Counted from the first letter of the stretch, positions 7,789 to 15,960 are shown. The stretch is DNA of 64,000 nt from an uncultured Gammaproteobacteria bacterium (GCA_964568925.1 CAZMSJ010000001.1:81907-145906), one strand, 5' to 3'. Numbers and translations: made by a program. The notes: generated by a model from the sequence alone, not told the origin.

Positions 7789-9717
7789 ATGACCGCAATA
7801 ACGACTGCCAAGCTGATTGCTCCGAATAGTGCGCAAGCTGTTGCTCAAGTGTATGAATTTGAGCAAGACGGAGTCCATCTGTCGGTTATTGCTGCAACAC
7901 ACTTCTTGTCTGGAGCAGGGGAAACACGAGATAACCTTGATTCACTCTTAACACTTCGTGGCATCGCTAAAAATATCTCTACTTCATTTTTTCAAACCAA
8001 AGAGAAGGGAACCTTGTTTGCATTAAAGGCTGCAATTGAGCAGGTGGTAACTGACCACACCAATTCTCGTATCAAAACGCTTGTTGCCGCAGTTGCCATT
8101 CGTGATTCATTTATTCACTTTGCAACTACACCTGAAATGATGGTGGTACTTCTCCGAAATGGGTTGCAACACAAACTGACCAAAGGAAGCTTAACGATTA
8201 GTTCTGGCTCAGGAAAACTTACGGAAGGTGACACGATTGCTATTTTGTCTGATGGATTAAAAGAAGCTCTGGCTGCTTCAAACTCTGTTGACCCTGAACA
8301 GCTTTCAGCTGAGCTGCATGCAAACGCAAATGAAGGTAGTGGGTATGCAGGTTTGTTTATTCGATATGGTTCATTTGTGTTGCCTGAAGTTGAAACAATT
8401 CTGGCAGAAGAGCAGATGACCCAGGCACACGAGACTCCACTTGCTGCACGTCCTGAACTTGTTGTTCCAGATGAGACTGAAAGTCAGAGTGAAGAGGACG
8501 CACTCCATTCGCCAATGACTGCTGTTTCAGATGTAGCTACACCACCACAACCAATTGGGGGAATAACAGGATTCCCTGGTTCTGGATTTACAGTGCGCTC
8601 AAAAACATCAGAGTTTCGAGCAAATAAAAAGAATAAACGAATGACGGTTGTTGGTGGTGCACTTCTTGTTTTGCTCTTGGTGAGTATTGTGTGGGGGATA
8701 AAGCACAAGAAAGTACAAGACGTAACCGTTGCTGCAACAGAAAAATTGACAGAGATCAGTGATACGTTAGCTGACATTAAAGCCAGCGGTTTTTATAACA
8801 AAGAACGTGCCCAAGAATTGTTTATTTCAATTGATGAAAAGATACAGTCTGTTCCGGTTACTCCACAAACTGAGAAAAACATTGCACAAATACAAGAAGA
8901 AATTGCAAAAACGCGTGAAGAAGTATTGGGCATTTATACTGAAGCTCCTGAAAGTTTCCTTGACTTAACATTACAATCAGCCTCCTTTACCGCTTCTTCT
9001 GTTTCTTTAAGTGATGAAACCCTTCGCATACTCGACTCATCGAGTAACAAAGTAATTTCAGTTCGCATTGAAGGGAAGCGTACTGAGTCAGCGGGCAACA
9101 CCTCTGACTTTTCTACTGTTGATAGAATCGCAAGTTATGCTGATCGTACCTTTGTGCAGGTAGGTACAGATTTTTTTGAATTGAAGGGACAAAATGCAAA
9201 GTTATTATCAAATCTTCCAACTAACTCCTTGTACCGTCTCTTTGCTGGTAATTTGTATGTTGTAGATCGAAGCGAAAATGCAATCTGGCGCTACTCAGGG
9301 AATGCCGTTGGATTTTCAGATCGTGTTGCCTGGCTTGCTCCAGACACCGCAGCTGCTGTCTCGTTTGGAAGCGCACGTGATATGTCGATCGATGGGTCTA
9401 TCTGGATACTGGGGGAAAACAACAAGGTTACAAAGTTAAACCAAGGAGTTCTGCAAAGTTTTAAGCTCACAGGTGTAAACCTTAATGGAGTTACCTTAAC
9501 TCATATGTTTGCTTCAGAAGATACTGCTTCGTTGTACCTACTCGACGCAGAGAAGGGGAACCTGTATGTTTTTGATAAAACAGGTGGTTACCAGTCAATG
9601 TACAAGTCAGAGGATCTTACCCAAACGGTTGGTATGGTAATCTCAGAGACCGCAAAAAAGGCATTCTTCGTTCTTCCTCAAAAAATCGTATCCCTAGGCC
9701 TCACGCACTTAAAGTAG
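7789..9717 (+). CDS. Large membrane-anchored protein with a repeat-rich (beta-propeller-like) C-terminal half; function unknown
   Basis: 642-aa ORF with a central TM helice (MTVVGGALLVLLLVSIVWGI). The C-terminus has repeated motifs of the type LYVVDRSENAIWRY and LYLLDAEKGNLYVFD. Confidence 0.6.
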   Translation: MTAITTAKLIAPNSAQAVAQVYEFEQDGVHLSVIAATHFLSGAGETRDNLDSLLTLRGIAKNISTSFFQTKEKGTLFALKAAIEQVVTDHTNSRIKTLVAAVAIRDSFIHFATTPEMMVVLLRNGLQHKLTKGSLTISSGSGKLTEGDTIAILSDGLKEALAASNSVDPEQLSAELHANANEGSGYAGLFIRYGSFVLPEVETILAEEQMTQAHETPLAARPELVVPDETESQSEEDALHSPMTAVSDVATPPQPIGGITGFPGSGFTVRSKTSEFRANKKNKRMTVVGGALLVLLLVSIVWGIKHKKVQDVTVAATEKLTEISDTLADIKASGFYNKERAQELFISIDEKIQSVPVTPQTEKNIAQIQEEIAKTREEVLGIYTEAPESFLDLTLQSASFTASSVSLSDETLRILDSSSNKVISVRIEGKRTESAGNTSDFSTVDRIASYADRTFVQVGTDFFELKGQNAKLLSNLPTNSLYRLFAGNLYVVDRSENAIWRYSGNAVGFSDRVAWLAPDTAAAVSFGSARDMSIDGSIWILGENNKVTKLNQGVLQSFKLTGVNLNGVTLTHMFASEDTASLYLLDAEKGNLYVFDKTGGYQSMYKSEDLTQTVGMVISETAKKAFFVLPQKIVSLGLTHLK

Positions 9718-9727
9718 CTTCAAAGAA

Positions 9728-9735
9728 TGTATAAT
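9728..9735 (+). promoter_or_regulatory. Extended -10 (TGTATAAT) for smpB, with a near-leaderless geometry
   Basis: TATAAT lies at 9730-9735 with TG at 9728-9729. Only 8 nt separate it from the smpB ATG at 9744. Confidence 0.5.
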
Positions 9736-9743
9736 ACCCGTAT

Positions 9744-10199
9744 ATGAAAATATACGAAAACAAAAAAGTACTGTTTGATTATGATGTCTTAGAAAAGCTT
9801 GAGGCTGGAATTGTCTTAAATGGAGCTGATGCGTCCGCTTTGCGCCATGGGCGGGTTGACCTTACCCATTCATATGTAAAAGTCATTAATCACGAGTTTT
9901 TCTTGGTTAACGCCCATATTGGACAAGAGGAAATGGGCTCAACACTCTCAACCAGAAGCAGAAAGCTTTTGGTACACGCCGAGGAGCTCGTTACGTGGGA
10001 GAGCAAGGTGAAGCGTGAAACCTTGACCATTCTGCCCTTGAGCCTGTATAATACCCACAAATACTATAAGGTTGAAATTGGCCTTTGTCGCTCCAGGAAA
10101 AAGAGTGGAAAACGAGAAGTTCTTAAGAAACGAGATATTGCTCGTGACATTGCCCGTGAATTTCGAGGTGACAAAGGAAACGATGACCGCCGTGACTAG
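9744..10199 (+). CDS. smpB: SsrA-binding protein SmpB
   Basis: Typical SmpB sequence (NKKVLFDYDVLEKLEAGIVLNG...SRKLLVHAEEL...LTILPLSLY) with a basic C-terminal tail. It lies immediately upstream of tmRNA. Confidence 0.9.
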   Translation: MKIYENKKVLFDYDVLEKLEAGIVLNGADASALRHGRVDLTHSYVKVINHEFFLVNAHIGQEEMGSTLSTRSRKLLVHAEELVTWESKVKRETLTILPLSLYNTHKYYKVEIGLCRSRKKSGKREVLKKRDIARDIAREFRGDKGNDDRRD

Positions 10200-10213
10200 T
10201 GTTTTTCATGTTT

Positions 10214-10584
10214 GGGGACGTCCCGGTTTCGACGGGAAGCACGTTGACCCTAACTGCGAGCCGAGTGTGAATTATCACTTGTAAAAACTAATTCAAAAAC
10301 AAACGACAACGATAACGAAGTCGTTGCGAGTTCAGGGTACGCATACGCGTTCGCCTAAGCCGCTGTCGTAAGGAGAGGAACCTCACCACTCCCTTAACGG
10401 CATATACCCGTGTGAGGTGCCACTTCCTCTGTTGGTTAACGGAGCTGTAAGTGAAAGACAAGTAACCTTACTTTTAGCGCATTTGTGTATTTAGTTCGCT
10501 TTAAGGACATCTTTTAAATACACTACGCTTGTAGATGTTTTGGCATGTACTTTTCGGACGAGGGTTCGACTCCCTCCGTCTCCA
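10214..10584 (+). ncRNA. ssrA: tmRNA (SsrA)
   Basis: The 5' end GGGGACG pairs with the 3' end CGTCTCC, including the G3:U wobble that is the alanine identity element. A T-arm GGGTTCGACTCCC is present. The internal tag frame ends ...ASSGYAYAFA with TAA at 10356-10358. A terminal CCA is not fully encoded. Confidence 0.85.
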
Positions 10585-10595
10585 CAGATAAAAAG

Positions 10596-10629
10596 GCGAG
10601 AGTTATTTAGAATGACTCTCGTCTTTTTG
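10596..10629 (+). terminator. Rho-independent terminator after ssrA
   Basis: Stem GCGAGAGT (10596-10603) / ACTCTCGT (10615-10622), followed by TCTTTTT. Confidence 0.7.
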
Positions 10630-10645
10630 TGTCATACTTTCTTAT

Positions 10646-11326
10646 ATGTGGTGGATTGATTATCTCTTTCCATTCTCCTGTGTTTCTTGTCACTCCTTTG
10701 GCTCCTATGTGTGTGATGACTGTATTAAAAAAGCTGGCTATGTACCCCTTGTTTGTGCCGTGTGCCGAAAGCCAGTTGCCAAGGGTGCAACTCATATTCG
10801 ATGCAAAAACGATTGGTCACCAGACTCCTCAATTGCTGTTTGGCAATATAAAGGGGTAATTAAAAAAGCAATTAAGGTAGTTAAGTATCATTTTGCTTAT
10901 CAAATTGCATATATATTGGGAGGGAAGCTTGTGCATGAGCTTTCATTGTTTGATTTTCTTCCCAAAAAGGCTCTGGTTGTTCCAATTCCGATTGCTCGTT
11001 CTCGTTTTAATTCTCGTGGCTTCAATCAGTCAGAAGAAATCGCGGAGATCATATGTAAACGGAAGGGATGGCAAATGGAGTCTGACATTCTTCTACGCTC
11101 AAAAAACACCTCACCACAGGTGAAACTTCGGGCTTTTTCAAGGTCGCAGAATATACGCGGTAAATTTGCGATAAATAAGGCAAAAAAGGACTTTTTTGTA
11201 AACAATAAACTTCCAATTGTCTTATTTGATGATGTCTGGAGTACTGGATCAACTCTTTTTGAAGCAACAAGAGTGTTAAAGGAATCAGGTGCTCGTGAGG
11301 TACTTTGGATAACCTGTTGTCGCTAG
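10646..11326 (+). CDS. comF: ComF-family phosphoribosyltransferase (competence protein ComFC-like)
   Basis: The N-terminus has a double CxxC zinc finger (CVSCHSFGSYVCDDC...CAVCRK). The C-terminus has the PRTase motif VLFDDVWSTGSTL. Confidence 0.8.
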   Translation: MWWIDYLFPFSCVSCHSFGSYVCDDCIKKAGYVPLVCAVCRKPVAKGATHIRCKNDWSPDSSIAVWQYKGVIKKAIKVVKYHFAYQIAYILGGKLVHELSLFDFLPKKALVVPIPIARSRFNSRGFNQSEEIAEIICKRKGWQMESDILLRSKNTSPQVKLRAFSRSQNIRGKFAINKAKKDFFVNNKLPIVLFDDVWSTGSTLFEATRVLKESGAREVLWITCCR

Positions 11327-11337
11327 ACAAGCACACC

Positions 11338-11422
11338 TGGCGGAGGGTACAGGGGTCGAACCTGTTAGAGCTTGCGCTCACTAGTTTTCAAGACTAGCGC
11401 ATTACCGTCCTGCCCACCCTCC
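11338..11422 (-). tRNA. tRNA-Ser(UGA)
   Basis: Hand fold: acceptor GGAGGGT/ACCCTCC, anticodon stem CTAGT/ACTAG, loop CTTGAAA, long variable arm, T-loop TTCGACC, G73, and CCA encoded. Confidence 0.85.
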
Positions 11423-11523
11423 GTGGGTTCAATTATACCTGGAAAGGTTCAATTTTACGAATTTTAGTTTGGCAATCAGGACAGAGGGTCATTTTGACTG
11501 TATAATACCGAAGAAAAGAGAGT

Positions 11524-11608
11524 GGAGGCGTAGTCCAGTGGTCCAAGACAATGGTTTGCTAAACCATGACTCGTAAGAGTCTCGCGAGTTCGAATCTCGC
11601 CGCCTCCG
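11524..11608 (+). tRNA. tRNA-Ser(GCU)
   Basis: Hand fold: acceptor GGAGGCG/CGCCTCC, anticodon stem ATGGT/ACCAT, loop TTGCTAA, long variable arm GACTCGTAAGAGTCTC, and G73. Confidence 0.85.
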
Positions 11609-11657
11609 CACGAGTACTTCTTGACTTAATCTTCGGGTTTAATTAGGATTATTTTAA

Positions 11658-12401
11658 ATGGACAGAACTTATTTTGGTGGTACTTTGGGGCGGAGTCGAG
11701 GTGGTCACAATTCTTGGGAAAAAAGAATAGCAGACCCAGTTTATTATCGTAAAATTGGTTGTGTACTTCCGAATGTGTTCAGATATCCAGAACGGAATAA
11801 TCCTTATTTCGCAGAATTTGTTGGCATAGTTCTTGGTGATGGAGGACTAACCAATAGCCAACTTAAAATAACACTCAATCGAGAAAAAGATTTTGAGTAT
11901 GTTTATTATGTTCAATCGCTTATTCATCGATTATTTGGATATCTTCCTTCAGTTCATGAGCGAAAAGATTCATTAGCAACAGTCTTGACTGTTAGTGGAA
12001 TTAATTTTGTCAACTTCTTAAAAGAGTCGGGTTTGTTTGTAGGGAATAAGGTTTGCCAGCAAGTTGGTGTTCCATCTTGGATACAAGAAGATCTTGGGTT
12101 ATCACAATTTTGTATTCGAGGGCTGATGGATACCGATGGGTGTATTTTTGAGAACAGGTATATGTCTCATGGAAGATGGTATATATACAAAAAATTAGCA
12201 TTTTCGAATCGATCAACTCCTTTACTTACATTTTTTAGAAATACTCTTGTTAAAAATGGCTTGCACCCCGTTATGTACCAAAACAAGCAGGTTAGACTCT
12301 GTAGTGAGCGAGAAACGTTGATATATCTTGAAAAGATTGGAAGTTCAAACCCACGAGTAAATCAGTTCAAATCTTGCTATAATAGTGCCACAAGAGTTTA
12401 A
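11658..12401 (+). CDS. LAGLIDADG-family homing endonuclease (double-motif), free-standing
   Basis: Two dodecapeptide motifs are present: FAEFVGIVLGDGGL and IRGLMDTDGCIF. It sits between two tRNA genes with its own TTGACT-17-TAGGAT promoter-like sequence at 11623-11651. Confidence 0.8.
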   Translation: MDRTYFGGTLGRSRGGHNSWEKRIADPVYYRKIGCVLPNVFRYPERNNPYFAEFVGIVLGDGGLTNSQLKITLNREKDFEYVYYVQSLIHRLFGYLPSVHERKDSLATVLTVSGINFVNFLKESGLFVGNKVCQQVGVPSWIQEDLGLSQFCIRGLMDTDGCIFENRYMSHGRWYIYKKLAFSNRSTPLLTFFRNTLVKNGLHPVMYQNKQVRLCSERETLIYLEKIGSSNPRVNQFKSCYNSATRV

Positions 12402-12433
12402 TTCTTTGTGCTTGATTATACTCATTTGTTTCT

Positions 12434-12518
12434 GGAGAAGTCCCATAGTGGCCTAGTGGAGCGGTTTACTAAACCGCCGTATCGAAAGATACCGTGGGTT
12501 CGAATCCCACCTTCTCCG
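12434..12518 (+). tRNA. Class II (Ser-type) tRNA with apparent anticodon ACU
   Basis: Hand fold: acceptor GGAGAAG/CTTCTCC, D-stem CCA/TGG, anticodon stem GCGGT/ACCGC, 7-nt loop TTACTAA (positions 34-36 = ACT), variable arm GTATC-GAAA-GATAC, T-arm GTGGG/CCCAC, and G73. Confidence 0.7.
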
Positions 12519-12572
12519 CACGGATCAACTTCATGATGTGGCCCGAACACTTCGTTTGGGATATAATAGGGA

Positions 12573-13094
12573 ATGCCCGAAGGAGAGAAGACTGAAGAGA
12601 CACCACGAAAAAAGCCAATTCCAGAGGAAAAGCTTTTTAGTTGGGTTGAAAAATCCCGTCCGTTTGAAAGACGTTCCCGTGATTTTTATATTTCTTTGAT
12701 GTCTGTCGCTGTTCTTTTTGGCTTATTGTTCTTTGTTATCGAAGGCCCAATGCCAGTAATCTTACTCGCAGCTCTTGTCTTTTTGTTTTATGTATTAAGT
12801 ACAACGGAGCCAGAGCAGGTTACCTATGAAGTGACAAACAAAGGTATTCGAATGGCTGGACGGCTAACTGAATGGAGTAAGATGGGTCGTTTCTGGTTTA
12901 CCGATCGGTTAAGTCACCGATTATTAATCATTGAAACATCGGTCATTCCAGGAAGACTTGAACTAGTGATTAATAGTGAAATTGAAGGACAGCTTGAAAA
13001 GATTTTGTCTGACTATTTAGTTAATGAGGAAGTGCCCCCAAGTTTCTTTGACAAAGCTGCCAGTTGGGCAAGCATGCGTCTTCCTCAAAAGTAA
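12573..13094 (+). CDS. Membrane protein, function unknown
   Basis: 173-aa ORF with two adjacent TM helices (ISLMSVAVLFGLLFFVIEGPMPVILLAALVFLFYVL). TATAAT at 12562-12567 lies 5 nt upstream of the ATG. Confidence 0.55.
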   Translation: MPEGEKTEETPRKKPIPEEKLFSWVEKSRPFERRSRDFYISLMSVAVLFGLLFFVIEGPMPVILLAALVFLFYVLSTTEPEQVTYEVTNKGIRMAGRLTEWSKMGRFWFTDRLSHRLLIIETSVIPGRLELVINSEIEGQLEKILSDYLVNEEVPPSFFDKAASWASMRLPQK

Positions 13095-13112
13095 TTGTTG
13101 TACAACAAATTT

Positions 13113-13187
13113 GTTCTCGTAGCTCAATGGATAGAGTAGCGGCTTGCGGAGCCGTTGATCCCAGTTCGAATCTGGGCGGGAACACCA
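13113..13187 (+). tRNA. tRNA-Arg(GCG)
   Basis: Hand fold: acceptor GTTCTCG/CGGGAAC, anticodon stem GCGGC/GCCGT, loop TTGCGGA, T-arm CCCAG/CTGGG, A73, and CCA encoded. Confidence 0.8.
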
Positions 13188-13194
13188 TGTGACT

Positions 13195-13278
13195 GGAGGG
13201 TTGTCCGAGCGGTTCAAGGAGCTGGTTTCGAAAACCAGTGGACGCAAGTCCTCACAGGTTCGAATCCTGTACCCTCCG
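13195..13278 (+). tRNA. tRNA-Ser(CGA)
   Basis: Hand fold: acceptor GGAGGGT/ACCCTCC, anticodon stem CTGGT/ACCAG, loop TTCGAAA, long variable arm, and G73. Confidence 0.85.
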
Positions 13279-13363
13279 CAGACACCTCGCCACAAATATT
13301 GACAGTTTTGTTTATAATCCTTCATTAAGAGAAGCAAATTTTTTGCTATAGTGACATTTACGT

Positions 13364-14053
13364 ATGTTTTCAACAATTTTTGAACAAATTATCGTTCTAC
13401 TGAAACAATTTTCTCAAGTGTTGCCACTTCCGTGGTTCACTTTTATTGGAGCGTTTACTGAAGAGGTGATTGCTCCAATCCCTTCACCACTTGTTATGAC
13501 ACTAACTGGGTCTTTAGCTGCTTCGGCAGGTGCTCTTTGGCCATATTTAATTCTCCTTTCGGTCCTCGGTGCTTTAGGAAAAACACTTGGGAGCTATCTT
13601 ATCTATGTAATTGCCGATAAGGCGGAAGATGTTTTGTTAGGACGATTTGGCCGTTTTATTGGGGTATCTCATAAACAAGTAGAGGTAATAGGGAAGCACC
13701 TGAATAAAGGTTGGAAAGATGATGTGGTGATCTTTGTGTTACGTGCCATTCCGATTATCCCAACCGCACCTGTTTCAATCGTTTGTGGCTTAATTAAGTT
13801 AAATCTACGAACCTATTTAGTATCAACCTTTTTAGGTACGGTAGTCCGTAACCTTTTCTATATCTATTTAGGGTTCACTAGTGTCAATGCAATTGAGGCC
13901 ATCAATAATGATATAGATGGAGTTGAAAAATTTGGATATCTTATTCTTCTGGGTTTGCTTGTCGCTGGAGTTGTCTATGTTTTGTACCACAGAAAAAATG
14001 ACACAGGATTAAAGTTTCTTGAAAAGAAACCTACACATACGAAAGAAGAATAA
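13364..14053 (+). CDS. DedA / SNARE-associated (VTT-domain) family membrane protein
   Basis: Multi-TM protein with a DedA-like N-terminal motif (FIGAFTEEVIAPIPSPLVMTLTG) and a family-typical length. Confidence 0.65.
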   Translation: MFSTIFEQIIVLLKQFSQVLPLPWFTFIGAFTEEVIAPIPSPLVMTLTGSLAASAGALWPYLILLSVLGALGKTLGSYLIYVIADKAEDVLLGRFGRFIGVSHKQVEVIGKHLNKGWKDDVVIFVLRAIPIIPTAPVSIVCGLIKLNLRTYLVSTFLGTVVRNLFYIYLGFTSVNAIEAINNDIDGVEKFGYLILLGLLVAGVVYVLYHRKNDTGLKFLEKKPTHTKEE

Positions 14054-14080
14054 GTGTACGTAACCCTTGTGTATACAAAT

Positions 14081-14467
14081 ATGAAAAACCTCAATATCGT
14101 GATATCTCAAACAGTTAAATATATAGAGAAATTTTTAGCAGTGATTGTAATTATCGCTGTGATTTTTTACATTTTGAATAGCTTTGTCTTTTTCGTACAA
14201 GCAGATTGGCAGACAAAAGAAGTGTTTTACGAGCTCATTTATCGCGCATTGTTGGTCACAATTGGGCTAGAGCTCTCACGAATGTTAGTAACCCACAACT
14301 TCATGTCAATATTAGAATTACTAGCCTTTGTCGTTGCAAGAAAAATGCTTAAGCCAGAACTTACTTCTCTTGATGTATTCCTTGGTGTTGTTTCTTTTAC
14401 CGTCATACTAATTGCAAATCGATATCTGGTACTTTCAGATAAAGGGAAGAGTACTGACTCTCTTTAA
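14081..14467 (+). CDS. Four-TM membrane protein, PsiE-like (weak)
   Basis: Size and TM pattern, together with ELSRMLV...LELLAFVVARKML, recall PsiE-family proteins from memory. The ATG at 14081 is preferred over the GTG at 14054. Confidence 0.4.
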   Translation: MKNLNIVISQTVKYIEKFLAVIVIIAVIFYILNSFVFFVQADWQTKEVFYELIYRALLVTIGLELSRMLVTHNFMSILELLAFVVARKMLKPELTSLDVFLGVVSFTVILIANRYLVLSDKGKSTDSL

Positions 14468-14535
14468 GGAGAGAACGAGTATTTATTGTCTAATACCACT
14501 TGTTAACGTAGTGTTTTCTTTTGTAGAATTGCTTC

Positions 14536-14952
14536 ATGGGAATTAATTACACAGCAGTACTTATTGCAACCGTTGCTCAGTTTATTGCAGGTGCTATCTG
14601 GTATGGTCCGCTCTTTGGTCGTTTGTGGGGAAAAATTCATGGCTTTGATAAGCTTCCAAAGGCAGTTCAAGCAAAGATGGTTAAGGAAATGGGTCCTTTT
14701 TATGCCATTCAGTTTGTAGTTACCGTGCTAACTTCACTCGCATTGTTTATTTTGGTTGAACTCCTTCCAGAATTTAGTCCGTTTATGATTGCTCTCCTTA
14801 TTTGGATTGGTTTTGTCGTTCCAGCAAACGTAAGTGCTGTTATTTTTGGAGGAACTGAAGGGAAGTGGGTAACTAAGAAAATAGCTGTTATGGCTGGTGC
14901 AACATTTGTCTGTTTAGTTTCTGGTGCGTTTGTTTTCTCCCTCTTCGCTTAA
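14536..14952 (+). CDS. DUF1761-family membrane protein
   Basis: The N-terminus INYTAVLIATVAQFIAGAIWYGPLFGRLWGK is characteristic of DUF1761, and the protein has four TM helices. Confidence 0.7.
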   Translation: MGINYTAVLIATVAQFIAGAIWYGPLFGRLWGKIHGFDKLPKAVQAKMVKEMGPFYAIQFVVTVLTSLALFILVELLPEFSPFMIALLIWIGFVVPANVSAVIFGGTEGKWVTKKIAVMAGATFVCLVSGAFVFSLFA

Positions 14953-14999
14953 AAAATCCTTACGTAGAGAAAGTTACGTAAATGAGGTATAATATCCCC

Positions 15000-15488
15000 A
15001 TGGCAAAAGAAGAATTGGTAATGGTTTCAGCGGCAGTTGTGTTCAAAAAGCACGACAATGACCCAACAAAGTGGTTTATTATCAGTAACAACGACGAGGA
15101 TGGCTGGGAAATTCCTAAAACCGTTGTCCGCCGTGGAGAGTCTTCAGTTCGTGCTTCAATCCGTATTACAAGTGAACAAGCTGGTATGAGAACTCGTGTT
15201 TTAGAAGAAGTGGGTCGTGGATCTGGTGCAACAAAGCTTAACAATCGACCAGTTACTCAGAAGTTTTTGTACTACCTCATGAATTGTAAAGACGGTGGAG
15301 AAATCATTGGGTTTAACAAATTTGATTGGGTAGAGTACAAAACATTAGTAAAAAGACTCACAAACAAGCGAGATTTGGCTATGGTTGCAAAGGCAAAAGA
15401 TCTCTTGAAAGAACTTGAGCAAAAGAAAGATATTCGTACAGACGAAGAAATCGACGAAATAGAAGAAGACGTGGAAGACATGGTATAA
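15000..15488 (+). CDS. NUDIX-like domain protein with a degenerate Nudix box and an acidic C-terminal tail
   Basis: GESSVRASIRITSEQAGM is only a partial match to GX5EX7REUXEEXGU. TATAAT at 14988-14993 lies 6 nt before the ATG at 15000, so that start is preferred over 14982. Confidence 0.45.
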   Translation: MAKEELVMVSAAVVFKKHDNDPTKWFIISNNDEDGWEIPKTVVRRGESSVRASIRITSEQAGMRTRVLEEVGRGSGATKLNNRPVTQKFLYYLMNCKDGGEIIGFNKFDWVEYKTLVKRLTNKRDLAMVAKAKDLLKELEQKKDIRTDEEIDEIEEDVEDMV

Positions 15489-15492
15489 CCCA

Positions 15493-15578
15493 GGAGGAGT
15501 CGGATAGTGGCCTATTCCACGCGATTGGAAATCGCGGAGCGAAAGCTCTCGTGGGTTCAAATCCCACCTCCTCCGCCA
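15493..15578 (+). tRNA. tRNA-Ser(GGA)
   Basis: Hand fold: acceptor GGAGGAG/CTCCTCC, anticodon stem CGCGA/TCGCG, loop TTGGAAA, long variable arm, T-loop TTCAAAT, G73, and CCA encoded. Confidence 0.85.
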
Positions 15579-15657
15579 GTTTATTGCTTCATAAATTGAC
15601 TTCAGAACTACACATCCCTATACTCCGCTAATCGTTTTATTTCTTTCGAGGTGACTG

Positions 15658-15939
15658 ATGAGTACCCACATGCAGACATTAGTAGACTTGTTGTATTACA
15701 TGGATAAGGTTATCCAAATCAGTTTTTTGTATAACGGAACTCAAGTGAACGTTATTGCAAAAGTTGTGGCTGTTGTCTCTGGGGCCGAACATTATGAATT
15801 GCATCTCTCTTTGCCAGAGTTTGATGGAAGACAGATTCGCTTTCTGAAAGCAGTAGAGTCTACAAACACACTAGAGCTTGTTCCCAAAAGCTGGGATCCT
15901 ACTGAGCAGTGCAGTTTTGTTTGCCATATTCGCTTTTGA
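15658..15939 (+). CDS. Hypothetical protein
   Basis: 93-aa ORF followed by a strong terminator. No recognisable motif. Confidence 0.45.
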   Translation: MSTHMQTLVDLLYYMDKVIQISFLYNGTQVNVIAKVVAVVSGAEHYELHLSLPEFDGRQIRFLKAVESTNTLELVPKSWDPTEQCSFVCHIRF

Positions 15940-15960
15940 AGATAATAGTGATTGAAGTAA

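Noticed and set aside
10072-10859. ORFs 10072..10284+, 10607..10795- and 10629..10859+ lie around the tmRNA and the comF start.
   Set aside because: They overlap the tmRNA gene, its terminator, or the alternative frame of comF. The tmRNA fold (G3:U acceptor, T-arm, tag ORF) explains this DNA.
13017-13376. A 119-aa minus-strand ORF.
   Set aside because: It is made almost entirely of the antisense of tRNA-Arg(GCG) and tRNA-Ser(CGA).
15345-15567. Minus-strand ORFs 15272..15481, 15345..15560 and 15379..15567.
   Set aside because: They are antisense to the acidic tail of the 15000..15488 gene and to tRNA-Ser(GGA), and are repetitive and low-complexity.
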